The notes beneath the pieces are model-generated. The model worked only from the letters and a program-made list of their open reading frames with translations. It was not told where the DNA came from and did no database searches. DNA of 64,000 bases from Opitutales bacterium. Lineage in GTDB: Bacteria; Verrucomicrobiota; Verrucomicrobiia; Opitutales; PNEW01. The stretch covers positions 1,920,001-1,984,000 of the forward strand of contig CBDANS010000007.1 of the NCBI GenBank assembly GCA_965197745.1, written 5' to 3'. How positions within the stretch are numbered: position 1 is the stretch's first letter; every line of letters starts with the position of its first letter. The position numbers and the translations under genes are program-made. Below are positions 30,536 through 40,968 of this stretch, piece by piece.

Positions 30536-32353
30536 ATGACCTGGGAAATTGCATTAATATTTGTTCTACTCACATTGGCGATTATCAGTTTTGTCCTGGA
30601 AAAAATATCCAGTGATCTTACGGCGATTACTCTTTTTACGCTTATTTTATTGGCTGGATTGCTGCCTGTGGCTCATACCCTTCCTACGACGGCCATGATG
30701 CTTGGCGTTTTTGCCAATCCCGCTCCAGTAACTGTCGCCTCAATGTTCATTATTAGCGCGGCCCTTGAAAAATGTGGAGCTATTGAAATTTTAGCGGTAC
30801 TTTTGGAAAAACTGGCGGGGCTTGGCTACCGCGTGTTTATCTTCGTCATGATATTCGGTGTAGCGACGGCTTCGGCCTTTATTAACAACACACCCGTTGT
30901 TGTCATGCTCTTGCCGGTTATTTTAAGCCTTTCCAGGAAAATGGGTGTGCCCGCATCCAAACTCCTCATTCCCCTTTCTTATGCTTCAATATTTGGCGGT
31001 ATGTGCACGCTCGTCGGGAGCAGCACTAACATTCTCGCCAGCAGTATTATCGAGGCCGCCGGGGAACCCCCCCTGTCCATGTTTGAACTCGCCTCGATAG
31101 GTTTGCCCTTACTTATTCTGGGTGCTATTTATCTCGTCTTATTTGGAAACCGTATGCTCCCGGTCCGAGAAACGCTAACCTCCATTCTTTCAGAGGAGGA
31201 ACGAAAAGAATATATTACGGAAGCGTTTGTCCAGCAGGGCTCCCCTGCAATCGGTAAATCTTTGATTGAATCAGGAATATTAAAAACCGGCAGTGCTCGC
31301 GTTCTTGAAATTATCCGCAATCAGGTGGCTTTATTTACTGATCTCAATAAATTGGTATTACAAGAGGGCGACCGACTCATTCTCGCTCTGCGCCCATCGG
31401 GTGTGGCACATGCGAGAACCGTCGAGGGAATCAATCTAGCTGCTGAAATGGGGCAAGGGCTGGAAACTATCGCTGCCCATGAAGGTTCCATCGTCGAAGG
31501 GGTCATCAGTCCAAATTCTACGATTACAGGTAAAAGCGTCAGAGATATACATTTCCGACAACGCTATCGAATGATTGTCCTGGCCATCCACCGCGGAAGT
31601 GTGAACCTGCGAGAAAAGTTTGACCAGATTGCCTTAGAATTTGGCGATACTCTGCTCATGATGGGCACCGATACGGCAATTGAAGATCTCAGAAGAAACG
31701 ACGACATATTATTACTCGATCGCCCGGCGACACCGGCAAAGAGTATGCGGCATAAAATGCCAATCGTCCTCTCTATTCTTGTGGCCATAATCCTCGCAGC
31801 ATCATTCAAACTTGCTCCTATCGCTGCCGCTACCCTGACCGGTGTCGTAGCACTATTTCTCACCGGTTGTCTAAAGCCTAAAGAAGGCTACGCCTCGATT
31901 GAATGGAGTCTTATATTTCTTATTTACGGTATGTTAGGGGTAGGTATCGCCATGGAGTCGACAGGTGCCGCTGTTCTTCTCGTCAAGGGTTTAAGCTCTA
32001 TTGTCGATGTAGTATTTTCCGATCCGCTAAAGCCCTATGTCATGCTCGCCATGCTTTATTTATGCACAACCCTGCTCACCGAATTTCTTTCTAATAATGC
32101 TACCATTGTCCTCATGGCCCCTCTTGCGCTTGGCATCGCAGAAACACTGGGAGTCGACCCCCGCCCTTTCATAATTGCCACCGCAATTGCTTCTTCTGCC
32201 AGTTTTTCCACACCCATCGGATACCAAACCAATACTTTTGTTTATGGTGTGGGAGGTTACCGTTTTGCTGACTTTTGTAAAATCGGGCTGCCCCTTAATC
32301 TTATTTATTTTACCGTGAGTGTTGTCCTGATTCCTCGTATATGGGATTTTTAA
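30536..32353 (+). CDS. SLC13/DASS permease with two TrkA-C domains
   Basis: SAFINNT, GG..TLVGSSTN, SNNAT and TPIGYQTN motifs, with central soluble TrkA-C repeats. Confidence 0.9.
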   Translation: MTWEIALIFVLLTLAIISFVLEKISSDLTAITLFTLILLAGLLPVAHTLPTTAMMLGVFANPAPVTVASMFIISAALEKCGAIEILAVLLEKLAGLGYRVFIFVMIFGVATASAFINNTPVVVMLLPVILSLSRKMGVPASKLLIPLSYASIFGGMCTLVGSSTNILASSIIEAAGEPPLSMFELASIGLPLLILGAIYLVLFGNRMLPVRETLTSILSEEERKEYITEAFVQQGSPAIGKSLIESGILKTGSARVLEIIRNQVALFTDLNKLVLQEGDRLILALRPSGVAHARTVEGINLAAEMGQGLETIAAHEGSIVEGVISPNSTITGKSVRDIHFRQRYRMIVLAIHRGSVNLREKFDQIALEFGDTLLMMGTDTAIEDLRRNDDILLLDRPATPAKSMRHKMPIVLSILVAIILAASFKLAPIAAATLTGVVALFLTGCLKPKEGYASIEWSLIFLIYGMLGVGIAMESTGAAVLLVKGLSSIVDVVFSDPLKPYVMLAMLYLCTTLLTEFLSNNATIVLMAPLALGIAETLGVDPRPFIIATAIASSASFSTPIGYQTNTFVYGVGGYRFADFCKIGLPLNLIYFTVSVVLIPRIWDF

Positions 32354-32615
32354 AGGACCCAGACCATGGCAATGAGCTAAGCAACATTACGTGTTAAGGA
32401 TCGACTGTCATCCCGCGTTAATGGGAGTCTTCATGGAAGGCATACCTTCCCCTTAATCTGTTAATCTATTTAACTTACACCCTTTTCCTGAACTTCTACT
32501 GCTTAATCCTGTCTTATTATCTATCTAACCATGTTTCCCATGATTTAGCTGTTTACTCAAAAGTGTTTGCTAAAGTTTATATAAAAAATAGGATTTTGTC
32601 ATACCCTTAATTAAT

Positions 32616-33539
32616 ATGCGTCACAATAGATTCACATTTTTAATTTTTCTAGCAGTTTGTCCTTTTTCGCTTTCCGCTCAAATTGAAGAGAGCGATGGGG
32701 TCACCGATGAGAATGATTACGAATACGATGAGGCATTTGAAGAGGGCGATGGGGAATTCGACACGTTCGACGGGACAGAGTTGGATGATGAAACAGCCGA
32801 TGAAAAAAAAGCGGAAACGGGTCCCCAATCGACCGATGCAAACTCAGCAAAGATTATTGATCTGCATATAGATGCGCTGGGCGGGTTGGAGAAAATAAAA
32901 ACGCTAAAAACCATAAAGCTGACAGGTTCCTTTCGAGAAGGGAAACAAAGTTGGAAAATGACATGGTACCGAAAAGCGCCGAACATCTATCGTGTAGAAC
33001 GATACCATCGACTTTTGGGTAGAGACTACCTGACAATCAAAGCCTTTAATGGGAAAACAGGATGGGTCAGAGAAGCATCCCCCGAATTGAAACCCCCTGA
33101 AGAGATGTGGAAAGGTGAATTGGATTCATTTTTGAAAGAAGCTGAATTTTATCCTCCCCTCGTCGACTGGCGCGAAAAAGGGCACCATTTTGCCTATAAA
33201 GGTGAACTCAAAATTCTCAGAAAACCGACTTATTTCGTTCAGGGTAAATTAGAAGATGGGCGGGATATTTACTACTATTTCAACACTAATAATTTCCTTC
33301 TTCGGCAAGTTGGTTTTAAAGATAAATTTGCGGGCGCCACTGCCGATGCTGATTACAGACCCGTTAAGATGAAAAAAGTGAATGGGATTTGGATGGAAGA
33401 AATAATTCAATATGTGGTTCAAGGGCGGGTATACAAAGAGATTGTCTATGACACTATGCTCGCCAATATTGATATGCCTGATTCACTTTTTGAAATTCCT
33501 GAAGTCAAGGAATTCATTCTTAGACAGAAGAGTAGATAA
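32616..33539 (+). CDS. Periplasmic LolA-like (lipoprotein-sorting family) protein with acidic N-terminal tract
   Basis: Signal peptide SLSA; D/E-rich linker; HIDALGG.EK...LKTI...G and N...PDSLF motifs typical of this family. Confidence 0.65.
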   Translation: MRHNRFTFLIFLAVCPFSLSAQIEESDGVTDENDYEYDEAFEEGDGEFDTFDGTELDDETADEKKAETGPQSTDANSAKIIDLHIDALGGLEKIKTLKTIKLTGSFREGKQSWKMTWYRKAPNIYRVERYHRLLGRDYLTIKAFNGKTGWVREASPELKPPEEMWKGELDSFLKEAEFYPPLVDWREKGHHFAYKGELKILRKPTYFVQGKLEDGRDIYYYFNTNNFLLRQVGFKDKFAGATADADYRPVKMKKVNGIWMEEIIQYVVQGRVYKEIVYDTMLANIDMPDSLFEIPEVKEFILRQKSR

Positions 33540-33559
33540 CGCTTTCTTCTTAAGCGTAT

Positions 33560-35911
33560 ATGCGGCTTTCCTTAAACGAAAAAAAAGTATCTTTAAGTGC
33601 GGGGGAATTTGCAGAGTTTCGCCTGGGACCGACTGACATCAGATACGGACGAACCGGGCGTTGGCGTCTGGAACTGGGTCAAACCTGGCACCAAGAACTG
33701 CGAGCTCAATCCGAAGCTGAATACAGCAACGCGACATTCGAAGTTCCTATTAAAGGCACGTGCCTGCATAAAGATTGGTCGGTATCAATACAGGGTCGCA
33801 TTGATCAGGTAATTCATCACGGCAGCAGTGTAACTCTCAAAGAAATTAAAACAGTAAAAGCAGCCCTTCCCTTACCGGAAGAGGAACTATTAGAGAATTA
33901 TCGTCCTTATTTTGTCCAACTGGCAGCCTATCTTGTTCTCGCAGATCTCGACCCCGCTTACCGCGATACATTTTTACACGGTGAGTTAATTTTTATTGAT
34001 ATAGCAGGGGGGGACACAGGGGGGGACACTCAATCAGTGCTACTCGGGCCCGAACACACGGCCCATTTTAAAAACCAATTAGACGTGCTTCATTCGTTTC
34101 TCGAGCAACGCTGGTTGGCAACCCACCGTCTGCGTCGCATAAAATATACCGCTCCATTTCCCAACTTGCGCCCCGGTCAAGAGCATACCCGTGAAATACT
34201 CGATCGCGCCGCCAACCAGTCAAAAGTAATACTATTTGAAGCCCCCACCGGTTTTGGAAAAACAGGCATTGTTCTTGAGTTTGCGCTTGCGCGTTTGCGC
34301 GATGGACATTTTGACCGCGTCATATTTCTAACGGGAAAATCTACGGGCCAAATTCAGATTCTTCGCCAGTTAAATACGATGCTTCTTGAAGATGGAGGTC
34401 TCCAATACTTTCAATTGCGCAATAAATCAGAGCATGCCCAGGATTGCGCGCTTCGCCATTGCGATTTTGGATACGGCTGTAAACGCGAGCTGGAAGAACG
34501 TTGGGAACGTGCTGGAATCTCTCCCATGCACTTATTTAATAACGGCTCTATCCCCCTTTCCCGGATAAAAGATATGGCGGAAAAGAATGGGGTATGTCCG
34601 TATGAAATTTCCCGATCTGCCTTACCCTTCGCCGATGTCTGGGTCGCTGATTACAATTATATTTTCAACCCGAATAATAACAGTGTCTTGTTTGAGCAAC
34701 CTGGTTTTGAGTCGAGCCAGACACTCCTCATTATTGATGAAGGTCACAATCTTCCCTCACGTGTCGCGGATGCCTACTCTCTAAGCTATGATCGATCAGA
34801 AGCTGAAAATGTTTTTAAAGAATTACAGTTTGCTAATGTCGCTCCATCCCTCCTCTTCGCTTATGAGCAATGGTTAATTTTTATAGAAAAGATAGAGAAG
34901 ACGGATCGAGTCGACGAAATAATAGAAAAAGAAGCGTCGATGATTATTGATAATCTAGTAAAGGAACTGCAACTAGACCGTATCGATCCCAATCTATTCT
35001 CGAATACCGCTTATGATAAACTCTGGTCTTGCCCCATGGTTAAAAACTTCCTCAACCAAAGTTCACTGGAAAAGCTTGTCTGGGCTCCTGAATCGGGATC
35101 CTTAAACTTCACTTGCTTAAGCGCAGCGACAGAAATCGGACGCCTTATCCAATCTTTTGGCCAAACCGTTATTATGTCTGCCACCCTTTCGCCGCGATCT
35201 ATTTTTATGGATGCTTGCGGGATTCAATCGGAAATGTGCCAATGGGTTGATGCTGAAGCTGAGTGGAGAAATGAAGCCTACAAAGTGGCTGTTGATACGC
35301 GTGTGGATACCCGTTTGAAATCACGCTCCCGTCATTACGCAACTACGGCCCAAACTGTCGGCTTGATGTCTCATTTAGCGATTGATCCCATTGTCGTTTA
35401 CTTTCCTTCATACCGTTACGCCCATACGATCGTAGAGTATCTTAAAGCGACCTATTCTGATCTCCGCATTGCAATACAACCGCGAAACCTGAATCTCGCT
35501 GAGCAATATCAGTTCATTGAGGATGCACTGATTTCTGCCGATACACTTTTTCTCGTCCTGGGAAGTGGCTTTTCTGAGAGCATTGATCTTCTGGGTGGGC
35601 GTGTAACCAGCGTCATCGTCGTCGGACCTGCATTGCCAGAGGTCAATGCCAACCAGCGGGCAAAAATGGAAGCGAATTGCTTTCTTTCCCGTGAGGAAGC
35701 ATTCTTCCAGGTCTATCAGGTGCCCGCTATGATAAAGATTAATCAGGCATTGGGGCGTCTGGTTCGCGCGCCGCGACAACACGCCAAGGTATTACTCCAT
35801 TGTCGACGCTTTAAGGAGGACTCTTATATGCAATTATTAGCACCTGAATATCGGCATGTATCTGAAATAAAATCCGAGGACGATTTAATTAAATGGTATC
35901 AGGATGATTAG
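33560..35911 (+). CDS. Rad3/DinG-family Fe-S helicase with N-terminal PD-(D/E)XK (Cas4-like) nuclease domain
   Basis: Nuclease motifs GRID..EIKT and Q...Y. Helicase motifs: Q motif RPGQ, APTGFGKT, four Cys ending in CPY, DEGH, SATL, YFPSY and QALGRLVR. Confidence 0.9.
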   Translation: MRLSLNEKKVSLSAGEFAEFRLGPTDIRYGRTGRWRLELGQTWHQELRAQSEAEYSNATFEVPIKGTCLHKDWSVSIQGRIDQVIHHGSSVTLKEIKTVKAALPLPEEELLENYRPYFVQLAAYLVLADLDPAYRDTFLHGELIFIDIAGGDTGGDTQSVLLGPEHTAHFKNQLDVLHSFLEQRWLATHRLRRIKYTAPFPNLRPGQEHTREILDRAANQSKVILFEAPTGFGKTGIVLEFALARLRDGHFDRVIFLTGKSTGQIQILRQLNTMLLEDGGLQYFQLRNKSEHAQDCALRHCDFGYGCKRELEERWERAGISPMHLFNNGSIPLSRIKDMAEKNGVCPYEISRSALPFADVWVADYNYIFNPNNNSVLFEQPGFESSQTLLIIDEGHNLPSRVADAYSLSYDRSEAENVFKELQFANVAPSLLFAYEQWLIFIEKIEKTDRVDEIIEKEASMIIDNLVKELQLDRIDPNLFSNTAYDKLWSCPMVKNFLNQSSLEKLVWAPESGSLNFTCLSAATEIGRLIQSFGQTVIMSATLSPRSIFMDACGIQSEMCQWVDAEAEWRNEAYKVAVDTRVDTRLKSRSRHYATTAQTVGLMSHLAIDPIVVYFPSYRYAHTIVEYLKATYSDLRIAIQPRNLNLAEQYQFIEDALISADTLFLVLGSGFSESIDLLGGRVTSVIVVGPALPEVNANQRAKMEANCFLSREEAFFQVYQVPAMIKINQALGRLVRAPRQHAKVLLHCRRFKEDSYMQLLAPEYRHVSEIKSEDDLIKWYQDD

Positions 35912-36105
35912 ATGATGCTGTGCGTATGGGACAAAGACATTCTACCGGTTTTATAGAAAAGGTGATGTAAGAGCGTCACTGGCGAACCTCGCTTTCTTTT
36001 TCCTTAAACGCTTTTATATCTCACCTCGAACGGAAAACCTGCTTTCTCCTTATAATCAATTACAGCTTGCCCTATATCGATAAATATTACACAAGTAATT
36101 TTTTA

Positions 36106-36642
36106 ATGAGCGAAGTCTCAAGAATCGAAAGCGAGGAGCTCCATCAGTATATAGATAGTATTGCCAAAATCATCGCTCTTAAACATAGCGATAATAAAGA
36201 TTTGGTCATTGTAGGTATTGCCAATGGAGGCATTACGTTCAGTATTGTTCTTGGCAGGTATCTGAAAAAATATTTAGGCCGCCCGGTGCCATGTGGGACT
36301 GTCGATATCTCCTTTCACCGAGATGATATCGGACTCAAGCCGATCAAATCGATTGAAAACCCCACGGCTTTACCTGCTAATATTGAGGGCGCTACAGTTA
36401 TACTGGCTGACGATGTTATTTTTACGGGTCGAACCGCAAGAGCGGCTATTAATGAGATATTCGATCAGGGGCGTCCACGATCAATCGAACTGGCTATACT
36501 TTGTGATCGAGGCAATCGCCGCCTGCCTATCCAGCCCGACTATATTGGGTTTTCAAAAGATACAACCATAGAGCAGAAAGTTGCTGTGCATATAAACATA
36601 GACAAGTCATCGGAAGATTCCCTTCGCATTTTAAGCGCATGA
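36106..36642 (+). CDS. pyrR: PyrR / uracil phosphoribosyltransferase-like protein
   Basis: DISFHRDD, ADDVIFTGRTARAA and DRGNRRLPIQPDY; first gene of pyrRBC. Confidence 0.93.
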   Translation: MSEVSRIESEELHQYIDSIAKIIALKHSDNKDLVIVGIANGGITFSIVLGRYLKKYLGRPVPCGTVDISFHRDDIGLKPIKSIENPTALPANIEGATVILADDVIFTGRTARAAINEIFDQGRPRSIELAILCDRGNRRLPIQPDYIGFSKDTTIEQKVAVHINIDKSSEDSLRILSA

Positions 36643-37589
36643 AAAAAGAATTTAAATGGTCTCGCAAAGATCTGCTCACCATTGAATCATTGAGCAAGGA
36701 AGAATTAGAAACAATATTTTCGGTAGCCAATTCGTTTAAAAACACGCTCAAGCGGTCGCAAAAGAAATTACCTTCCCTGCGGGGTAAAACGATTGTCAAT
36801 CTCTTCCTTGAACCAAGCACGCGCACACGCATTGCTTTCGAAATAGCAGCTAAACGCCTGAGCGCCGATGTTATCTCAATAACCTCCAGCGCCAGCAGCT
36901 TGACGAAAGGAGAAACCCTGCGTGACACCGCACGCAATATCGAAGCATTAAATGCCGATCTCCTCGTGATTCGCCATTCCGCTGCAGGATCCCCCCAATA
37001 TCTCAGTCGTATAGTCGATATTCCTGTAATTAATGCTGGCGATGGTTCCCATGAACACCCCACTCAGGCTTTACTCGATACCTTTACTTTACGCGAACAC
37101 CTGGGTGACCTCAGCGGTAAAAAAGTCACCATCCTCGGTGATATTCTCTTCAGTCGCGTGGCGCGTTCCAATATCTGGGCGTTGCAGAAACTCGGAGCTG
37201 ATGTCACCTTGGCAGGGCCCTCAACCCTTGTTCCAGAACGCTTAACTGAACTCAATGTTAAAGTCACACACTCCCTGAAAGAGGCTCTCGCAGATGCTGA
37301 TGCTATTATGCTTTTGCGCATTCAACACGAGCGACAAACCTCCACCCATTTTCCCTCGATTGGGGAGTACACGAGTATGTTCGGGCTCAATATGCAACGT
37401 GCATCCTGGCTTAAACCCAATGCCATCATTATGCATCCTGGGCCTATTAATCGTGGAGTAGAAATCGACTCCAAACTCGCGGATTCCAAACGCTCAGTTA
37501 TACTCGAACAGGTTACCAACGGTATTGTCTGCCGTATGTCTGTCCTCTTCCTTTGCGCCAGCGCAGTCGCCCAGACAAAGAATAAATAA
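36639..37589 (+). CDS. pyrB: Aspartate carbamoyltransferase catalytic subunit
   Basis: EPSTRT, HPTQALLD, RIQHER and HPGP. Confidence 0.97.
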   Translation: MKKEFKWSRKDLLTIESLSKEELETIFSVANSFKNTLKRSQKKLPSLRGKTIVNLFLEPSTRTRIAFEIAAKRLSADVISITSSASSLTKGETLRDTARNIEALNADLLVIRHSAAGSPQYLSRIVDIPVINAGDGSHEHPTQALLDTFTLREHLGDLSGKKVTILGDILFSRVARSNIWALQKLGADVTLAGPSTLVPERLTELNVKVTHSLKEALADADAIMLLRIQHERQTSTHFPSIGEYTSMFGLNMQRASWLKPNAIIMHPGPINRGVEIDSKLADSKRSVILEQVTNGIVCRMSVLFLCASAVAQTKNK

Positions 37590-37594
37590 ATCAT

Positions 37595-38905
37595 ATGAGT
37601 GACATAATATGGATATCTGGAGGACGGGTTGTCGATCCGGGAAACGATCGCGACGCATCAGATGACATTTACGCAGTAGATGGTAAAATAGTATCGGAAT
37701 TAAGTGATAGCGAAAAAAAACAGGCTCAGCGTATTAGGGCTGACGGAATGGTAGTTTGTCCGGGGCTCGTAGATATCCATTCGCATTTGTGCGAACCAGG
37801 AGAGACCCATAGAGAGTCAATAAAGACGGGCACATGGGCTGCCGCGGCTGGTGGGTACACCACTATTGTCTGCATGCCCAACGCCCTGCAGCCCAGTGAT
37901 AACGCGGGAACGATACAACAAATTAATGATGCCATTAACCGAGATGCCCTCGTAAACGTCTTCCCAACTGGAACAATAACTATGGGTATGGAAGGGAATG
38001 AACTCGCGCCAACCGGATCGTTGACACGATCCGGTGTCGTCGCCATCACCGATTCGCATCGCAGCGTGCAGAACAACGAAATCATGCGTCGCGCTGTTGA
38101 ATATGCGCATATGTTCGATCTAGTCGTATTGGATCATTGTCAGGATATGGCCCTTACCGAAGGCGCTGTTATGCATGAAGGGATCTGGTCAATACGGCTG
38201 GGACTGTGCGGTTCGACCAGTGCTGCGGAAGATATTTTTGTCTCCCGAAATGTTATCCTTTCAACCTACACAGGAGCGCACATCCATCTTCAGCATATCA
38301 GTTCTTCAAATGCTGTCGAAATTATCCGTAGGGCTAAGCAACGCAAAGTTAAGATCTCCGCTGAAGTAACCCCCCATCATCTTCACCTTTCGGATGCGTG
38401 TATTCAAACCTACGACACAAATTTTAAAACAAATCCACCCTTACGCACCAGAGAAGATCAGGAAGCGCTTATCGATGGGCTGCTCGACGGCACCATTGAC
38501 TGTATATCCACTGATCACAACCCCCATACGGATTACGAAAAAAATATTGAGTTTGATTATGCCCCTTTCGGTGTCATTGGCCTGGAAACCGCGCTGGCCG
38601 TTTCTCTTGAAGTCCTGATCCACAGTGGGCGTTGTGAACTCCCTAAACTCATCGAGTTGATGTCATATAATCCCTCAAATCTACTCGGATTGGGAAAAGG
38701 AATACTCAGCCCGGGATCCGATGCTGATATCATCGTCATTGATCCCAATGAGGAATGGGAAGTGGATCCGGATATGTTTCTGAGTCGCTCCAGCAATTCA
38801 CCCTGGATTGGCAAAAAATTGAGAGGAAAGGTGAAACGGACTCTAATTTCCGGTCGTACTGTTTGGGATGGCCATCGCATCATCGTGCCCGAAGTCGGTG
38901 GTTAA
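37595..38905 (+). CDS. pyrC: Dihydroorotase
   Basis: DIHSH..EPG, MPN, EVTPHH, NPPLR and TDHNPH. Confidence 0.94.
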   Translation: MSDIIWISGGRVVDPGNDRDASDDIYAVDGKIVSELSDSEKKQAQRIRADGMVVCPGLVDIHSHLCEPGETHRESIKTGTWAAAAGGYTTIVCMPNALQPSDNAGTIQQINDAINRDALVNVFPTGTITMGMEGNELAPTGSLTRSGVVAITDSHRSVQNNEIMRRAVEYAHMFDLVVLDHCQDMALTEGAVMHEGIWSIRLGLCGSTSAAEDIFVSRNVILSTYTGAHIHLQHISSSNAVEIIRRAKQRKVKISAEVTPHHLHLSDACIQTYDTNFKTNPPLRTREDQEALIDGLLDGTIDCISTDHNPHTDYEKNIEFDYAPFGVIGLETALAVSLEVLIHSGRCELPKLIELMSYNPSNLLGLGKGILSPGSDADIIVIDPNEEWEVDPDMFLSRSSNSPWIGKKLRGKVKRTLISGRTVWDGHRIIVPEVGG

Positions 38906-39080
38906 TATATAAACGGACCAGAGATCGAGCGCCACCGAAAATAACCTCGTAATTTTCCTCCTCATTTATTCGATTACGAATATAAGGAAGAGGAGATCCG
39001 TTGCCACCTATAATCATAGCCCTGTGCGATAGGTTGTATTTTCGTTTTTCCTGAACCACATAAATTATTATAACCTGATT

Positions 39081-39983
39081 ATGAGCGAAGCAGAGGCCAT
39101 AGAAGTTTTCCAAAATAACAGGGGGTTCCTCATTTATTTCTATCTCCTTCTTGGATCAGGTCTGGCTTGTCTCATTTCATTAGCCTACAGCCAACATCGG
39201 GTCAAACACACGCATCGCTTGAAAGGAAAAGTCATAGGTTGGCAAATTGGGTGGCTCGACTTTGGACTCTTCATCTGGGTGATGATTTGTGGCATTTTAA
39301 TCGCCCAATTTATAGCTCCTCTCTTCGTGCATGAGTCTGACAGTCCAGAGACTTCCCCTGAAGTGTGGACTATCATAGCGGGGAGTTTTATAATGCACCT
39401 GGGGATCATCTTTGCCTTCTTCTTATACCGCTATCTCCAACCCCATCTGTTTCGTCAGACTATTAATGCTCAGGAAATGTCCTTTATAAGAGCGATGACA
39501 AAAGGTCTTTACTTCTTCTTAGCCTCTTTTCCCCTGGTCTGGTTGGCAGGATTATTGTGGATCTTAATCTTGAAATTTTTAATCAATGCTGGCTGGGGAA
39601 TTTCCCTTGAGCCCCAGTCTTTAATCAACATTTTTGAAAATCAGAATTCATATTCTTCATTGTTCTTACTCTTTATATTGGCTATTATTATTGCTCCCCT
39701 GGCCGAGGAGTTAGTATTTCGTGCCATCGTTTACCGTTTCATTAAAAATCGGGCACCGGCATTTTTAGCAATGCTCTTAAGTTCCATTTTATTTTCTCTC
39801 CTCCATATGAATGTCGTCAGTTTTTTCTCCCTTGTAATTGTGGGTATCTCACTTTGCCTGGCCTACGAAATGAGTGGAAATATTATGGTCCCTGTATTTT
39901 TTCATTCCGCTTTTAACTTGAACTCTATTATCCTTATTTTCTTTCGTCCCGATCTTCCCGGATTAGCTATTTTATTTAATTAA
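39081..39983 (+). CDS. CPBP (CAAX/Abi) family intramembrane metalloprotease
   Basis: Multi-TM protein with EELVFR, F...H and H...N motifs. Confidence 0.9.
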   Translation: MSEAEAIEVFQNNRGFLIYFYLLLGSGLACLISLAYSQHRVKHTHRLKGKVIGWQIGWLDFGLFIWVMICGILIAQFIAPLFVHESDSPETSPEVWTIIAGSFIMHLGIIFAFFLYRYLQPHLFRQTINAQEMSFIRAMTKGLYFFLASFPLVWLAGLLWILILKFLINAGWGISLEPQSLINIFENQNSYSSLFLLFILAIIIAPLAEELVFRAIVYRFIKNRAPAFLAMLLSSILFSLLHMNVVSFFSLVIVGISLCLAYEMSGNIMVPVFFHSAFNLNSIILIFFRPDLPGLAILFN

Positions 39984-39987
39984 GTCT

Positions 39988-40968
39988 ATGCACCCGTTTA
40001 CTGATAATCCCCCGGAATCGATTGCTGAATTAGGCGAGCACGCCCTATTGGGAAAATTCCGTCAATGGCTTGGTGACGTTTCTCCTCCTTCACCCCACGG
40101 GATGGGCGACGATACAGCCGTGCTCCCTCCTGGGGCCAATCATTTTAATCTCATAACTACCGACACACTTGTTTATCAAAGCCATTTTAACGATAAAGCA
40201 TCACCCCAGCAGGCAGGTGGTAAATTACTGAAACGCAATATAAGTGATATTGCTGCTATGGGTGGGACACCCCATAGCGCAGTAATCGGACTCTTTCTTC
40301 CTCCAAATCTGCGACTGGATTGGTTGCGTGATTTTTACCGTGGTATTCGCGATGAAGCGATTAAGTATAATGTAAATATAGTCGGCGGCGATCTTTGTGA
40401 AACGGATGGCTTTCTCGGCAGCCAACTTACTCTTTTGGGAGCTGCGGCCCGTCCCCTTAAACGCGATGACGCCGAAAAAGGTGATTTTATTTATGTCAGT
40501 GGTTCGCTTGGAGGCAGCAGTCTTGGCAAGCATCTGGATTTTACACCGCGGTTAGTTGAAGGTAGATGGTTGGCAGATCAAACTATCGTCCATTCGATGA
40601 TCGATGTGACGGATGGCTTGATGAAGGACTTGCCGGCACTTATTCAACCAGGTTGCGCAGCAGGGCTACAGATAGATTCATTACCGATAAGTGAAGCTGC
40701 GCTCCAGCTGTCAGCAATAAGTGCTCTCAGCCCCCAGCAACACGCTCTTAGCGACGGGGAGGACTTCGAGCTGCTATTCACGGTAAGCGAGAAAATCGAT
40801 CCGGAGCAGTTCATTAAAGAATGGCATGAGCACTTTGATCTTCCACTTACCCATATTGGCCAGATGATCGACGACTCTAAACATAACGGCCTGCCCCGAA
40901 TCATTAATTTAACTACCGGCGAAGCATGCATCAGCCCAAGTGGATATGAACATTTTAAAAAGACTTAA
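39988..40968 (+). CDS. thiL: Thiamine-phosphate kinase
   Basis: GDDTA, NISDIAAMGG, GGD, DVTDGL and GEDFELLF. Confidence 0.95.
   Translation: MHPFTDNPPESIAELGEHALLGKFRQWLGDVSPPSPHGMGDDTAVLPPGANHFNLITTDTLVYQSHFNDKASPQQAGGKLLKRNISDIAAMGGTPHSAVIGLFLPPNLRLDWLRDFYRGIRDEAIKYNVNIVGGDLCETDGFLGSQLTLLGAAARPLKRDDAEKGDFIYVSGSLGGSSLGKHLDFTPRLVEGRWLADQTIVHSMIDVTDGLMKDLPALIQPGCAAGLQIDSLPISEAALQLSAISALSPQQHALSDGEDFELLFTVSEKIDPEQFIKEWHEHFDLPLTHIGQMIDDSKHNGLPRIINLTTGEACISPSGYEHFKKT

Noticed and set aside
33560..34100. Cas4/CRISPR system
   Set aside because: No repeat-spacer array or other cas genes in the window; the nuclease is fused to a DinG/Rad3 helicase.
39081..39983. Abi-family protein as phage defence
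   Set aside because: It is a CPBP/CAAX protease in a housekeeping run with thiL-tsaE; the Abi name does not imply abortive infection.
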